The notes beneath the pieces were generated by a model. It was not told the DNA's origin and ran no database searches. It saw only the letters and a list, made by a program, of their open reading frames with translations. Below are positions 14,130 through 27,675 of a stretch of DNA of 64,000 bases, in pieces; position 1 is the stretch's first letter, and every line of letters starts with the position of its first letter. The position numbers and the translations under genes were made by a program. The stretch is taken from assembly GCA_951406725.2 (NCBI GenBank), contig OX597824.1, positions 39,184,001 through 39,248,000 of the forward strand, in the 5' to 3' direction. The stretch is from Octopus vulgaris (lineage: Eukaryota).

Positions 14130-14186
<57 letters not shown>

Positions 14187-14244
14187 ATTTAGATTGATGG
14201 ATTCGAACTAATCCTTAGTGTGTCGAACTAATCCTTAGTGTGTC

Positions 14245-14445
14245 TTGCGGTATTTGTTCCGCTCTTGAAGTTCTGTGTTGAAATTTTATCGTGATTAGTT
14301 CTTCCTTTCATTCGTTTATTGTCAACGAAATAAGTCCCAGTTGACTGAGCACTGGTGGGTCGATAAATTAACGTTCCAGTCATGAACTGAAGTCAATAGT
14401 TTCAGCCACCCTCTCGATTCAAAATTGCTGGCCTTGCTGGCCATG
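14245..14445 (+). mobile_element. degenerate SINE family B
   Basis: gcggtatttgttccg...gttctgtgttgaaatt...cctttcattcg...aaaattgctggccttg. Confidence 0.5.
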
Positions 14446-15447
14446 TGTCTACTTCCTCCTGCCTCTGCCCTCCCTCACTCCCTCCTCCTCCTCCTCCCCA
14501 TTATTGTCATCATCATTATCACCACCACCACCTCCACCACTATCATTATTATCGTTATCATCACCATCACCATCATCATCAATCTCAACAACATCAATTC
14601 TATTAGATTTCGAGAGGTTTAACTCGAGCAGCCCTCTGTAGCATTGCCACACTCTCTTAGGGGTTTTTTATTTTTTGCTGAAGCTTTTTATTTTTGTCTC
14701 CGTTCATATTTTTCCTTTTTTCCCTTATATTTCGCCTACCATGTTTATACTTTATATTTTTGTACATTGCTTGTACTCTCCAGTTTTTTCTGTCCCTTTT
14801 GGCTAATAAGGAAATCACCACCATTACTGTTATCATCATCATCATCATCATCATCATTGTTATTATCCCCTATAAATTACAGGTTTTGTGCCTGCGCTAG
14901 AGGTAATTATTTCTTCGATGCTTTTTCATTCATCATTCTCTTTTTGCATTCGTCTTCTGCTGTGTATAATCCCTTTTACGTGGAACTGTTTACTTCGTAC
15001 AGATTCCATTCTAACAATTTCTTAGACTTAAAGTTTAATTATGAAAACAAAAAAATGTTTCTTATCTAACCACAAACCTGAAAGTTCTAACAGTGAAAAA
15101 TAACATGAAATTACCGAATGGGCATCAAGATATCAATGGGATTTTTTTTTTGCCAGAGGCATTAAGAATGTAATTAATTTAAAATACCGCCCGAACGTTT
15201 GAGAATCGTTGCAGGCACAGCTGATATACTTATACCTTAATGCTCAATATATGATTCAATACACATAGTTGTCTCTTATATTGCGCTACATTACACATTT
15301 GTAGGGGACAAACAGTTTAATTGAATCGCTAATTTTTCCTTGACACTTAGTAGAGTTCCTCAAAATGTGTAAAAATTTAAACTGACCAATTTTTCAATTT
15401 GCTAGTTTTCTCACGAAGGAAACTTAGTTAACAACAATTTATAATTC

Positions 15448-16170
15448 TTTTTACTAAAGATACAAGGCATGACATTTCTGGGGAAGTGGGGGAGAGGACA
15501 AGTCGATTACGTCGACCCCAGTGTTTCGTTGGTACTTAATTCATCTACCCCGAAGGATGAAAGGCAAAGTCGACTTCGGCAGAGTTTGAACTCAGAACAT
15601 AAAGACAAATGATGCTAAACATTTTGCTCGGCATGTTAACAATTTGCTGGCGCTTAATTTATCGACCCTGAAAGGATGAAAGGCAAAGTCAACCTCGGTG
15701 GAATTTGAACTCAGAACCCGAAACGGACGAAATGCGGCCAAGCATTTCGCCAACCCGCCGCCTTTGAACGACAATTAATAATGCTTTTTATTTAGACACA
15801 AAGCAAGCATTTTGAGGAAAAGGGTATTAGTCAATACCATCGCCCCTACCCTCCAGTACGTCACTGGTACTATAATTTGTTGGAGCCAGAAAGTATGAAT
15901 GGTACACTTCTCTTCGAATTTTGAAATCGGAACATAATGAGTCAAAAAAAAAAAAAAGCTTCAAAGAGCATTTTTCTGACGTTCTGTTGATTCTGCCTTT
16001 AATCATAATTTTGGCACAGTACCAAAAAATTCGAGGGAAGGTTTTATAATCGATGCTCCTGACTCCGGTACTTGACTGATATTTATTTTATTGACCGCCA
16101 AAAGGATGAAAGGCAAAGTAGTCTACCGCAGGTTTTGAACTCAGAACGTTAACAATTCTACCAGCTCGCC
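15448..16170 (-). mobile_element. cluster of SINE family B copies and tandem units
   Basis: Repeated cgaccc(c/t)gaaaggatgaaaggcaaagtc(g/a)acctcgg(c/t)ggaatttgaactcagaac at ~15550, ~15665 and ~16095. Confidence 0.85.
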
Positions 16171-17003
16171 AACAAAGCTTTGCTTCTACGTCATCTACCT
16201 AATAACGCATTTTCACGAAAACCAACGATGAGCAAAAGAGAAAAGTGGCCACTATGTTGTAACACTTACAGTGTAATAATAAAAGATTATCATTTTTATC
16301 ATATGCACACGATTAGAGTTTTTGTAGAGCATGAACCTGATTAAGTCGACCTAATATATAACTGGTGTTTAGTTTTCCTATCTCGAGGGTGGAAAAGGGA
16401 TATCGCCCACTGATTTACTGATTTTGCCAACAACCAGCTTGCACCCAGAAAAATATTTCTGTATTAAATTCCATACCTTATTTTATTCCTATTTGATCGA
16501 CACATGTATTCAACTAGTTAATTATACGTCCCTTCATACCCCAAGTTCTTTCTTTTTCTGTTAGATTTGCTGATACGTTGTTTATGTAACAAACAAGACA
16601 ATAAGAAGCGGTAAATCATTTCTCAGTTCGGTGTTTTACCTAAGCTTCAGAACAGAATTACATTAGTGTTGCACGTTCCACCTGTTTACATACAGATATA
16701 CATACAAAAATATAATGTATGCGTGTGAGTGTATGTATATATACATTTGTATCTATGTATGTACGTATGTGTATACATATATATGGTGTGTGTGTGATTG
16801 TGTGTGTGTGCGGGCGTGCATGTGTAAAATCATAAAATCTGGAAAGATAAGAGATGAATACGGATTTATTTCTACATGATTTCCAAATGATTAGTGCCAT
16901 TTCGTAATCTCCTCCGTGTATTATTAATTTCAGCATTCTAATTTATATACGTAAATTTTACATCAATATGCATATTAAGCATTATCAAATAGAATTCTAT
17001 ATT

Positions 17004-17190
<187 letters not shown>

Positions 17191-17396
17191 CCTTTCTATT
17201 ATACGCACAAGACCTGAAATTTTGGAGGAAGGGACTAGTTGATTACATCGACCCCACTATTTCACTGGTACTTAATTCATCGACCCCGAAGGATGAAATG
17301 CTAAGTCGATCTCGGCGGAATTTGAATTCACGACGTAGCGAAGGACGAAATACCGGTTTGTCGTCCACCGTGCTAACGACTCTGCCAGCTCGCCGC
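17191..17396 (-). mobile_element. SINE family B, full length
   Basis: Minus: gcggcgagctggcagagtcgttagcacgg...gtgaattcaaattccgccgagatcgac...ttcatccttcggggtcgatgaattaagtaccag...aaaatttcaggtcttgtgcg. Confidence 0.85.
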
Positions 17397-17519
17397 AACA
17401 ACAACAACAACAACAATAACAACAACAACAACAGCAATATTAATAATAATAATATTGGTTTCAAATTTTACCGCAAGGGCAGACATTTTGGTGAAGGGGA
17501 TGAGTCAGTTACAGCGACC

Positions 17520-17865
17520 CCATCTAGGTGTATTAGAACATCTAGGAGTATTAGAATCTGGTAGAGTACTAACTATATAAATGAAAACGAAAACTTAGAA
17601 GGAGTACATCAGAAAGGTGAAGAATTTAATGAAGTCAAAACTAAATGGTCCGAATCTAGTGAAGGCTGTAATTATTTGGGCAATATCATTACGTAGATAC
17701 TCAATGGCTTTTGTAGATTGGACAAAAACTGAATTAGCAAAGCTGGAAAGAAGAAATAGGAAGGAATTAATTATGAATAGAGGACTCCACTCAAGAGTAG
17801 GAGTAGCAAGATTATACCTACTTAGAAAGGAAGGTGGTAGAGGATTAATATCAGTGGAAGACTGA
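17520..17865 (+). mobile_element. R4/Dong-type LINE fragment (post-RT region)
   Basis: ORF 17617-17865 KSKLNGPNLVKAV..WA...YS...DWTKTEL...RLYLLRKEGGRGLISVED. Confidence 0.85.
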
Positions 17866-17879
17866 TATTAATGATAGTA

Positions 17880-18505
17880 ATGTTTGACCTTAACCAGTTG
17901 AGCAAGTCCCTTAGTGGCTGATGATATGTGCATCTCTGATCACGAGTAGGAGTAGTGAACGAGCATCATGCTCTGATGGAATACCAGGCAGTGCTTCTCA
18001 TGGCTTCCCATCTCAGCTGATTGTGTTATCATGTTCATTGTTTTGTCTTGGTATAAAAAATGGCTACAGCAAATATTCTGCTCAATTCCACGGATTTGCT
18101 TCTGTTGTTTTACCGTAAACAGTTGACCATGTCCCTTAGTGGTCGATGATATCTGCATCTCTTCTCACTAGCAGAAATAGTGAGGAAGCATTATAGCCAT
18201 GTGTTGAGAAGAATTCATTGGGATTTGGATAATTCACCTTTGAAAACATGGGTGTTTCGTTCCTTAAACAACCCTTATTCAGGGACCTTTTGAGCGAGTC
18301 TACTGAAACTGAAGAAAATTCTAACTGGGGCCCACCTGCAAAGTTATGCACTGTTTATCTTGATATGAGATGACCATGTCGCGCACATATGGTTGTAATG
18401 CATGTGCCTGGTGTGCCCTTATTAGACGGGTAATCATGATGTGTATACTGGGCTTAGTATATTTTTCCCAGTGTCACTTTGATGGCATGCACTGCTCTCT
18501 CACTC
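17880..18505 (+). mobile_element. (AAT)n-associated ~550-bp element, rearranged copy
   Basis: Homologous to 18935-19488; an internal ~95-bp segment is duplicated in front of the element start. Confidence 0.85.
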
Positions 18506-18558
18506 AATAATAAAAATAATTGTAATAATGATAATGATAATGATAATAATAATGATAA

Positions 18559-18623
<65 letters not shown>

Positions 18624-18646
18624 TTATCATCATCATCATCATTATT

Positions 18647-18736
<90 letters not shown>

Positions 18737-18757
18737 TTTATTACTATTATTACTAAA

Positions 18758-18793
<36 letters not shown>

Positions 18794-18861
18794 TTTATTA
18801 TAGTAATAATAATAATACTGATGATGGTAATGTTGTTAATAATAATAACAATAACAATAAT

Positions 18862-18934
<73 letters not shown>
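18506..18934. repeat. (AAT)n-(ATT)n-(AAT)n tract with two strand switches
   Basis: Direct reading. Confidence 0.9.
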
Positions 18935-19488
18935 GCCCTGATGCAGTACCAGACAGTGGCTCTCATGGCTTCTGATCTTAACTGATTGGAAGTGTTATCA
19001 TGTACATTGTTTTGTCTTGGTATAAAAGATGGGCTACAGCAAATATTCTGCTCAATACCACAGATTTGCTTGTCAGTTGTTTGACCGTAACCAGTTAAGC
19101 ATGTCCCTTAGTGGCTGACGATATGTGCATCTCTGATCACGAGCAGAAGTAATGGGGGAGCATCATAGCCGTGTGTTGAAAAGAATTCTTAGAGGTTTGG
19201 ATAATTCACCTTTGGAAACATGGGTGGTTCGTTCAACATCCTTAAACAATCCTTATTCAGGGACGTTTTGAGTGGGATGGGCTACTCGAACAGAAGAAAA
19301 TTCTAACTGGGCTCCACCTGCAAGGTCATGCGCCGTTTGTCTTGATATGAAATCACCATGTCGCGCACATATGGTTGTGATGCATGTGCCTGGTGTACCG
19401 TTATCAGACGGGTAGTCATGATGGGTATACTGGGCTTCGTATATTTTACCCCAGTGTCACTTTGATGGCATGCTCTGCTCTCTCACTC
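18935..19488 (+). mobile_element. (AAT)n-associated ~550-bp non-autonomous element, full length
   Basis: gccctgatgcagtacc...ctgctctctcactc, flanked by (AAT)n on both sides; seven copies in the window. Confidence 0.9.
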
Positions 19489-19540
<52 letters not shown>

Positions 19541-19544
19541 GACT

Positions 19545-19830
19545 CTCCTGTTGAAGACATCATACGAGTGTTCAGCTTTTGCCGAACGATCTGCCAAAAT
19601 CCTTTGTTTATAGTGATCAAATATATTCGTACCGCACATTAACGCATTCTCTTCATTAAATCAACATAGATGAGCAGATGTGCGGTGTACTACTCGTAAG
19701 GTGTCGCAGATATTGCAAAGCAATGAGGGATAAATTGCTTTGCTCAAGAACACAACGCGCCACTCGGGCTAGGAACTGAAATCACGATCTAGGGATCGTG
19801 TGTGCAACACTTTAACCACAGAGCTAAGCT
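19545..19830 (-). mobile_element. tRNA-derived SINE family C variant
   Basis: Minus head agcttagctctgtggttaaagtgttgcacacacgatc...gcgcgttgtgttcttgagcaaagc resembles 22344; tail resembles 31470-31625. Confidence 0.65.
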
Positions 19831-19938
19831 AATAATAATAATAATTCACAACAGCAATGCCAATGTTAAAGGATAATAAGAAATCATGTAATTATATCTA
19901 TAATTATGTTAATATCCGTTTAAATAATAATAATGATG

Positions 19939-19971
<33 letters not shown>

Positions 19972-21325
19972 TAATTTTGGTGATATTCGTTTCATTCTTA
20001 TTAATTAGAAAATCGTTTTAATTATATACTTGCACGTCACAGTGTATCTGTTTAGTTTTCATCACTCAACACCATCAGGGTTTCCATAACTATATTAGGA
20101 CGGACATTTAATGTGTATTTCACAATCAATCATATCATTTTGCACACTTTCATTTTCAATATTGATAAATATTAATCCTTATGATAATCGTTTACAATTA
20201 GTTGCACTGGATTATGTAGATATTGGAGACTTTAATTAACGCCTATTTCAACACACACACACAGGTGGTAATATTTATCTCCATACACACTTATGGCACA
20301 CATCATTTATATATACGTATGGGTATGCGATATATGTTTATATATATTTGTATAAATGCTTATATACATGCACACACACATATATATTTGCTCGTGCTTG
20401 CGCGAGCGTGTGAGTGTACACCACCTTAAAATATCCACATATATAAATATTACATACAGACACGCACATTCATGCATAATTATAAATTACTTTGCTAATA
20501 TCTAATCTAAATTATATAAGCCAGTAATGGCAGTGACATTGAGGAAAACAAAACAATATGCTTCTAGCAGAACTCGAACTTGCTATCTTTTGCATTCTAG
20601 GTGGCTGTGTTACCAATCAACAACCAGAATGAAAATGTGTCACTTCAGCAGCAAAAATAGCAACTCTTCCTGTACTATGCATTCATTTTTCCTTTTTGCA
20701 TGGAAATACATGACATTGGAATATGCTTTCATATAATTGTTATCTGAACAACCAAAGTTTGCTCAGATCACATCTTACTATTATAAAGAAAAATAAAGGA
20801 AAATACTAAACAATCATAAAACATACTTTTGTTATGGTTAAAAGCCTTTGATTATTGGTCTGCTTGGTGAAGACTCCATGTGACAATACACCAGCAACAA
20901 CTGTAAGAGATAAGTCTGTGTTATGTGAAATAATATTGGAATATTGTTGCGATATTTGTCTTTGAAAAATGACGGGTCATGTTAGAAACCCATAATTAGC
21001 TCTCTATGTGTGATAAAGAAACGAGTCGTTATTATTGCGTCTAGTAAGATTTGGTTCTCTCGGCAGCAGCATGCCTAAAGGCTAGGAGGACAGCGTAATA
21101 TGATGACAGATGTAATTGGAGGCGTTGTCGCATTGATGGAAATCAGTATAGGGAATTTCAATATTAAGTTGAGCGGAATGTAGCTTCGGGAACTGACACT
21201 CACGAAAATTCTACACATTCATGAAATTCATAGCTTCAGTTAATACACCAGTACGTATGTGCATGTGTGTTTGTGTGCGTATGTGTGTGCGTGCGCGCAT
21301 AGATACATATATATATTGATATACG

Positions 21326-21366
<41 letters not shown>

Positions 21367-22343
21367 TATATATGTTTATACAAACACACAAACACGCACA
21401 CACACACACACACATATATAAATGTATGTATATATATATATATATGCGTGTGTGTGTGAGTATGGGTATATAAATATATTTATGTGCGCATATATATATA
21501 TATATATCTATACACACACACACACACACACGCAGACACACACATATATATATACACTTATATACACTTGCATATATGTTTGCGATGTGTGTGTGATATG
21601 ATACGTAAGTTCGCATATCCATATGCCATTTTTTGTGCATTAAACAAAGGTCTAACATATATGGAAAGTAAAAGAGAGAGAGAGAGGGGGAGAGACTGAG
21701 AGACAGGGAGAGATACGGGTATAGATAAACAAGAAAGAAAATATGAAGACAAACAGTTAAGTTAGTAAAGAACTGTGTTTAACGTGGATAGACCCAAACA
21801 GACTTACAATCACTCACCTGCATACAAACGTACGTAAAATCAGATGCATCTATACGCATACGCACACGCACATACACTCTTACATACATACACAGACTTT
21901 TACAAATAAATATGTTAGTCATAGAAATAGGGAATATCATTTATTTTGGAATGTTTCATGAAAGCATGACTTTGTTCGGCATTTCTTTCCACGAACATAA
22001 TTAGAGCTATAAGAAACATTGTACATTTGAAGAAATTCAGGTGACCACACATTGTTCTCAAGATTACATTTAGGAGACTGCAACTTTAAAACTAGATTGT
22101 CTCCAGGAATGGAATCTTTATTTTAAGAAAGTACGATTCTACGTCAAAAACGTGACATGAAACATTAACTTTGAGGAAAGTAGGAATAAAAATATAAACA
22201 GAAAGAGAACGTCAAGAAATTCTAGACAATGATTCATAGAGAAATACGAATGCACAAAAATACAGAAACCTCGTCTCGAATGCTGAATAATTAAAAACGA
22301 TAACTGCTTAGTATTAGGAAAGGGTATTATTGATATGAGGTAG

Positions 22344-22570
22344 AGGCGCGTGGCTTAGTGGTTAGGGTGTCAGCATCATGATCGTAGGATTGTGGTTTCG
22401 ATTCCTTGACCGGGCGACGCGTTGTGCTCTTGAGCAAAACACTTCATTTCACGTTACTCCAGTCCACTCAGCTGGCAAAAACGAGTAACACTGCGATGGA
22501 CTGGCGTCCCATCCAGCCACAGAAACCGGGAATCCGGGCCCATGAGCCTGGCTTGGCTTTAAAAGAGCGC
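22344..22570 (+). mobile_element. tRNA-derived SINE family C (V-domain-like)
   Basis: ggcgcgtggcttagtggttagggtg (A box)...ggtttcgattcc (B box)...cttgagcaaaacacttcatttcac...gcgatggactggcgtcccatccag. Confidence 0.75.
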
Positions 22571-22667
22571 ATTTATTATTATTTTTATTATTATTGATAT
22601 GACGTCACAATTCCACAGATGAGTAGAAAAGTACGCCTCTTGTGTGATCGATGGCAGCAATACGCAT

Positions 22668-23108
22668 TCTTTATTCTTTTATTCTTTTAGTTGTTACAGT
22701 CATTTGATTGCGGCTATGCTGGAGTACCGCCTTTTGTCGAACAAATCGACCTTGAGACTTATTCTTTGTAAGCCTAGTATTTATTCTATCGGCTTATTTC
22801 GCCGAACCATTAAGTTACGAGGACGTAAACACACAAACATCGGTCGTCAAACGATGGTGGAGGAATACAGATATACAAGCATACATACAAACACACACAT
22901 ACACAAACACACACCCACACACACACAATCACACACACACACATATATATATATATACACACGATGGGCTTCTTTCAGTTTCCGCCTACCAAATCCACTC
23001 ATAAGGCTTTGGTCGGCCCCAGGCTATAGTAGAAGACACTTGCCCATGGTACCAAGCTGTGGGACTGAACCTGGAACAATGTGGTTGGGAAGCAAGTTTC
23101 TTACGACA
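22668..23108 (-). mobile_element. SINE family A, near full length
   Basis: Colinear with 8554-8972. Confidence 0.9.
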
Positions 23109-23119
23109 CAAAAATAGAC

Positions 23120-23460
23120 ACGGATAAGTCAGCTGTCCTAAAAAGTCTTTCATATAGCGCAGTGACATGGAGACCTTATCGTAAACACATCAGTCAACTA
23201 AATAGATGTCATATAAGATGTCTTAGGCAATTATTCAAGGTTAAGTAAGATGACAGAGTAAAGAATAGCGCTGTCATGGAAATGTGTAGAATACCTGGTA
23301 TAGAAGCGTTGTCAATCAAGTCTCAGATGCAACGGCGTGGACACATCATTCACGTGAATAATGGTTGAATAAAAAAACAAATCTTTTTCTGGTCAGCTTG
23401 AAAATTCACGATGCAATATAGGTCGGCCACTTCTCCGGTATAAGGGCATTTTTGAAGAAA
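23120..23460 (+). mobile_element. RTE-clade LINE fragment (post-RT)
   Basis: Translation AVLKSLSYSAVTWRPYRKHISQLNRCHIRCLRQLFKVK*DDRVKNSAVMEMCRIPGIEA...GHII...GRPLLRYK. Confidence 0.75.
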
Positions 23461-24081
23461 ATATGGGGTAATTTGACGAGCCTTGACTGCTATTTCTAGC
23501 ATACACAGAGTGAACGCGTTGTGGTCTTCTCGTTGGCTTGCTTGATATTGTTTATGTATAGCCTCCTGTCAGCGCTAGTCGAAGAAATGGATGATCAAAA
23601 GCATTAATATATTCACTCCGCACTTAATGCTGATAATACAAGAAACCTTACAAGAATTATCATCGTAAAAATAAGAATCAATCAACTATAAATAGTTAAA
23701 GTTATAAATAATATAAGTATTTACACGGAAAATTATATTCTCTTCATTCAAACACTTATGAATAAATTTATGAAGCAGTCTTCATCATATTCAAACTTTG
23801 CATGCGTAAGGAGACTGTTTTGAGTCTGACCTGCCCTCAGTGACTCTTGTTTTAGGTAAAGTGAACTTGCGGAAATGCAAGAATAGAAAGGAAGAGGAAA
23901 GAGAAAGCAAGGACAATAAAGTTGCGTGGGAAATTGTGCTGGAATCTGGTGGATAATAAGATACTCAGACAAAGAATAAGCAACAAGAACGGAAGACATT
24001 TTTCATTGCAGATGATGAACTGAAATTATTCGAGGTGTGCATGCAGAATAATTATCGTAACACTACCATAAGTTATTCACA

Positions 24082-24142
<61 letters not shown>

Positions 24143-24276
24143 TTATATGCAAACATACATAGCTATATAGTTAGATCAATACAAAGATGGAGATACAAAT
24201 ATATATATATATATATATATATGAATATGTGTATATATACGTGCATATATATACATACATGCATACATACACACAC

Positions 24277-24323
<47 letters not shown>

Positions 24324-24734
24324 TAATTGTAGTTTGATAGGTACAGAGATATAGAACATATACGTAGATGTGTATATGTATACATATATATATATATGTG
24401 TGTGTGTGTGCGTGCGTGCGTGTTTGTGTGTGTGTGTATGTGCGATTTTCCGAAACGAGATGAAAGCGTTAAATAAATAATTATCCAAAACTGTGAATAC
24501 GTACAGCCATTTTCTTAATATATAAAATCTATACACCACTTCAAACAATTTATCTATACATTTATACGCACACGCATGCACGCACACTCACACACAAACG
24601 CGCACGCACGCTCACACGCGCACACACTCACGCACGCACGCTCGCGCACACAAATACACACACATGTATGTATTATAAACAGTTGCATGTATAGATAAAT
24701 ATTTAAATTTTCAGCTACTCAATACCCGTATTGT

Positions 24735-24880
24735 TGTGTGATTAATAAGATTGACTGGAAGCCATGTTGTTCTAATTTCGATTCGAGTGCGTGGAACATT
24801 GGGCCAGGATTTTTCGCCATAGCACCGAGTTCAACTATGCTTAGTATTGGAACTGGAAACTGTGCAGAACCGTTGCACGC
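24735..24880 (+). mobile_element. degenerate SINE family A head
   Basis: ttgtgtgattaataag...ccatgttgttctaatttcgattc...gcgtggaacattgggc...ggaaactg. Confidence 0.45.
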
Positions 24881-25390
24881 GTACATAGACACTCATACAC
24901 TCATATATACTATTTCTTGACAAATGTCTGACTAGTTCTATCGAATTCCCGAAGAATAAAAGTGAGGGCCCCTTAACTGAAATTTTAGTGTTCGAAAACT
25001 TTTTGGGAACACTTTAAAGGTGGAACGCAAGTCTAAACACGAACTCATTTTCCGATGTTGGTGTTTGAATAAAGGCTTTTGAACGTTATATGTTCACATC
25101 AATCTTTAATGCCTCTTCTCATATTCACACCTTTCTGACTTTCAAGTAAAGACGAAATAACTTGAAAATATGTATATACATCAGAAGACCCAATGCATGT
25201 GTTGAATGTTTTCACTGATAAATAATGAAACTACATAATAATTTGCTTTCATGAACGTTTGTGTGAATAGTATATGATGAATTTTCATAATCTCTCTGAA
25301 AATGAAAATATTAATACTTTACCACTAATTTATTAGAGGGGTTTCAATGTATATTTTACGATAATATATATTCTGTAAATAATAATAATA

Positions 25391-25560
25391 ATCACCCAGT
25401 GCGCGTAAGCGAAAGCTGGGTATTGTAATAACTCGTCTTTGTCTGTGTGTTTACAAAATTACTGGAAAACGGCTTTTCAGCACATTTTCACGAAATTTGG
25501 CAGAAATACTCATTGGCTGAGTGGCTCGAAATGATGAACATTACAAATTTCCCAATTCGC
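25391..25560 (+). mobile_element. Helentron/DINE-1-like (HINE) 5' fragment
   Basis: acccag...ctgggt hairpin, then cgtctttgtctgtgtgt and ttttcacgaaatttggcag, the layout typical of DINE-1/HINE ends. Confidence 0.4.
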
Positions 25561-26339
25561 AAGTGGTCATATTATTTTGTTCACTTACCTTTTGATATGA
25601 ATCGACCCTCGTCTGCGTGTGTATAGATCATGGTTACCTGTGCGCGTAGACACGTACGTGTACATACATACGTATGTGTGTATGCGCGCGCGCGTGTGTG
25701 TGTACAGCGATGGATTCGAAGGTTTATTTATTTACGAGCTGATTTCTTAATTTCACCGGAGTATGAACACTTATAATGGTGATACTTAAAAGAAAAATTT
25801 ATCCAGTTCCATTAAAAAGCATAGGTAATCAAGGCATTGTAACCGACACTATAATGCGCGAAAACATTTATCTGCAATTAGGGCATGAATCGCTCCTCGT
25901 TGCCCCTTTTTTCATTGTTAACCTAAAGTTTATAAGCGTTCCTTATGTATAGGCTAAAAAGAAAAACGGTGTAATGTCGGGGAATATAAGACCGCGACGG
26001 AAAAAAAATTGAGCTTTCTGTACGAATGGGAACCGAATCAGTACCTCTTATAGTAGCGATATGTGTGCTGACATATTGCACCAACGAGCCAATTTACTGC
26101 TTTCATTTAGATTTAAGAGCTGTAGTTTCATGGTGTTGTCTTTTTAAACCAACAAGCATGTGCGTTTTCTGCGTTAAATGAAAAAGTGGTGACGAGTTAC
26201 AATTCTGTAAATATCAATAATAATTATAAGCTTAAAGTTTTTAAGCCCACTTTTATCCGTCGAGAGTTTATATACCCCAGTTTTAGATTATTTTCTTTAA
26301 CCAATACACGGTGATCACTTATGAGCTTTAAGCTTATAA

Positions 26340-26366
26340 TTATTGCTAGTATCTGCAGAATTGTCA

Positions 26367-26406
<40 letters not shown>

Positions 26407-26880
26407 TATTTAAGGATAGATATCCCATATTGTTGCTATTCTGATTATTATGAGTATATTTATCGTTATTATAGTTAATGTTGTTATCTAAAGCAGTGTT
26501 ATCATTTATCGATCCGTTTACACTATCATTTAGTTCTATAGCCCTATCATAATTCCTCACATTATTGGTATTGCTACTATTATTGCTTGTATTTATATCC
26601 GAATGTATATTGCTGTTATAGATATCAATGTTGTCTTCATTCCCGATATTTTCTCTATTAGCATTGCTCATATTATTAACATTATTATTCCTATTAATAT
26701 TATTATTATTATTAGTTATTCCATGGTTATTGATGCTACCTTTGTTTTGATAGTTACTATTATTGTGGTTATTATCTTTATTTTTGATAATATTATTACA
26801 ATTGTTATTGGTATTCATGTTGGTATTAGTCTTATTATTCCTGTCTAGCTTAATGTTATTATTATTAATCTTAGCTATTA
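26340..26880 (-). repeat. degenerate AAY-rich tract (Asn-rich open frame 26315-26950)
   Basis: Cryptic trinucleotide repeat reading NNN/DNN/SN in one frame. Confidence 0.7.
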
Positions 26881-27196
26881 TAGTGGACATATATGTCCAA
26901 CAACTAATCCATTCTTGTTGCTTTTTTTTATATATATGCTTGCAATACATAAATAGCTAAAGTATATTTTCGTATCAGAGTGAATTCCTCTCTGTAAGAA
27001 TTTAATATTTAGATAGCTTTATGAGATTTAATATTGTGCAAGGAAATATTAGAGTCTTATGTTAGAAAGTAAAGGTTAATTCCATTTCTCTGTATGAATA
27101 TTTTTGGCATGGAAAAAGGTTAACCGTTTCACATGGAATCCGAATCCTGTAAATGTTACCGGTGTAAATGCTACCTCTTGGTATTCTGTTATTCTT

Positions 27197-27427
27197 GTCT
27201 TTTATTCTTTTATTTGTTTCAGACTGCGGTCATGCTGGAGCACCGCCTCTAGTCGAGCAAATCGACCGCAGGAATAATTTTTGTAAGCTTACTTATTCTA
27301 TCGTTCTCTGTTGGCGAACTGCTAAGTGACGGAGACACAAACACACCAGCATCGGTTGTCAAGCGATGTTGGGGGGACAAAGACAGATACACAAACATAT
27401 ATATACACACACACACGCACACACACA

Positions 27428-27516
<89 letters not shown>

Positions 27517-27675
27517 GACGGGCTTCTTTCAGTTTTCGTCTACCAAATCCACTCTACGAGGCTTTGGTCGGCCCGAGGCTATAGTAGAAGACACTTGCCC
27601 AAAGTGCCATGCAGTTGACTGAACTCGGAACTATGTGGTTGGTAAGCAAGCTACTTACCACACAGACACTCCTGC
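27197..27675 (-). mobile_element. SINE family A, full length
   Basis: Colinear with 8554-8972; internal (CA)n(TA)n. Confidence 0.9.

Noticed and set aside
14203-14244. 20-bp tandem duplication (similar: 17-bp at ~34190-34223, ~26-bp at ~49975-50031)
   Set aside because: Ordinary short slippage duplications
18935-19010. HDV-like ribozyme at the 5' end of the 550-bp element
   Set aside because: A P4-like hairpin preceded by GG exists, but P1, P2 and P3 partners could not be assigned by eye
20555-20630. tRNA-like sequence on the minus strand (gttcgagttc B-box-like)
   Set aside because: No complete cloverleaf; at most a decayed tRNA-derived repeat head
22344-22415. tRNA gene
   Set aside because: A and B boxes are present but it continues into a SINE body and lacks a proper acceptor stem
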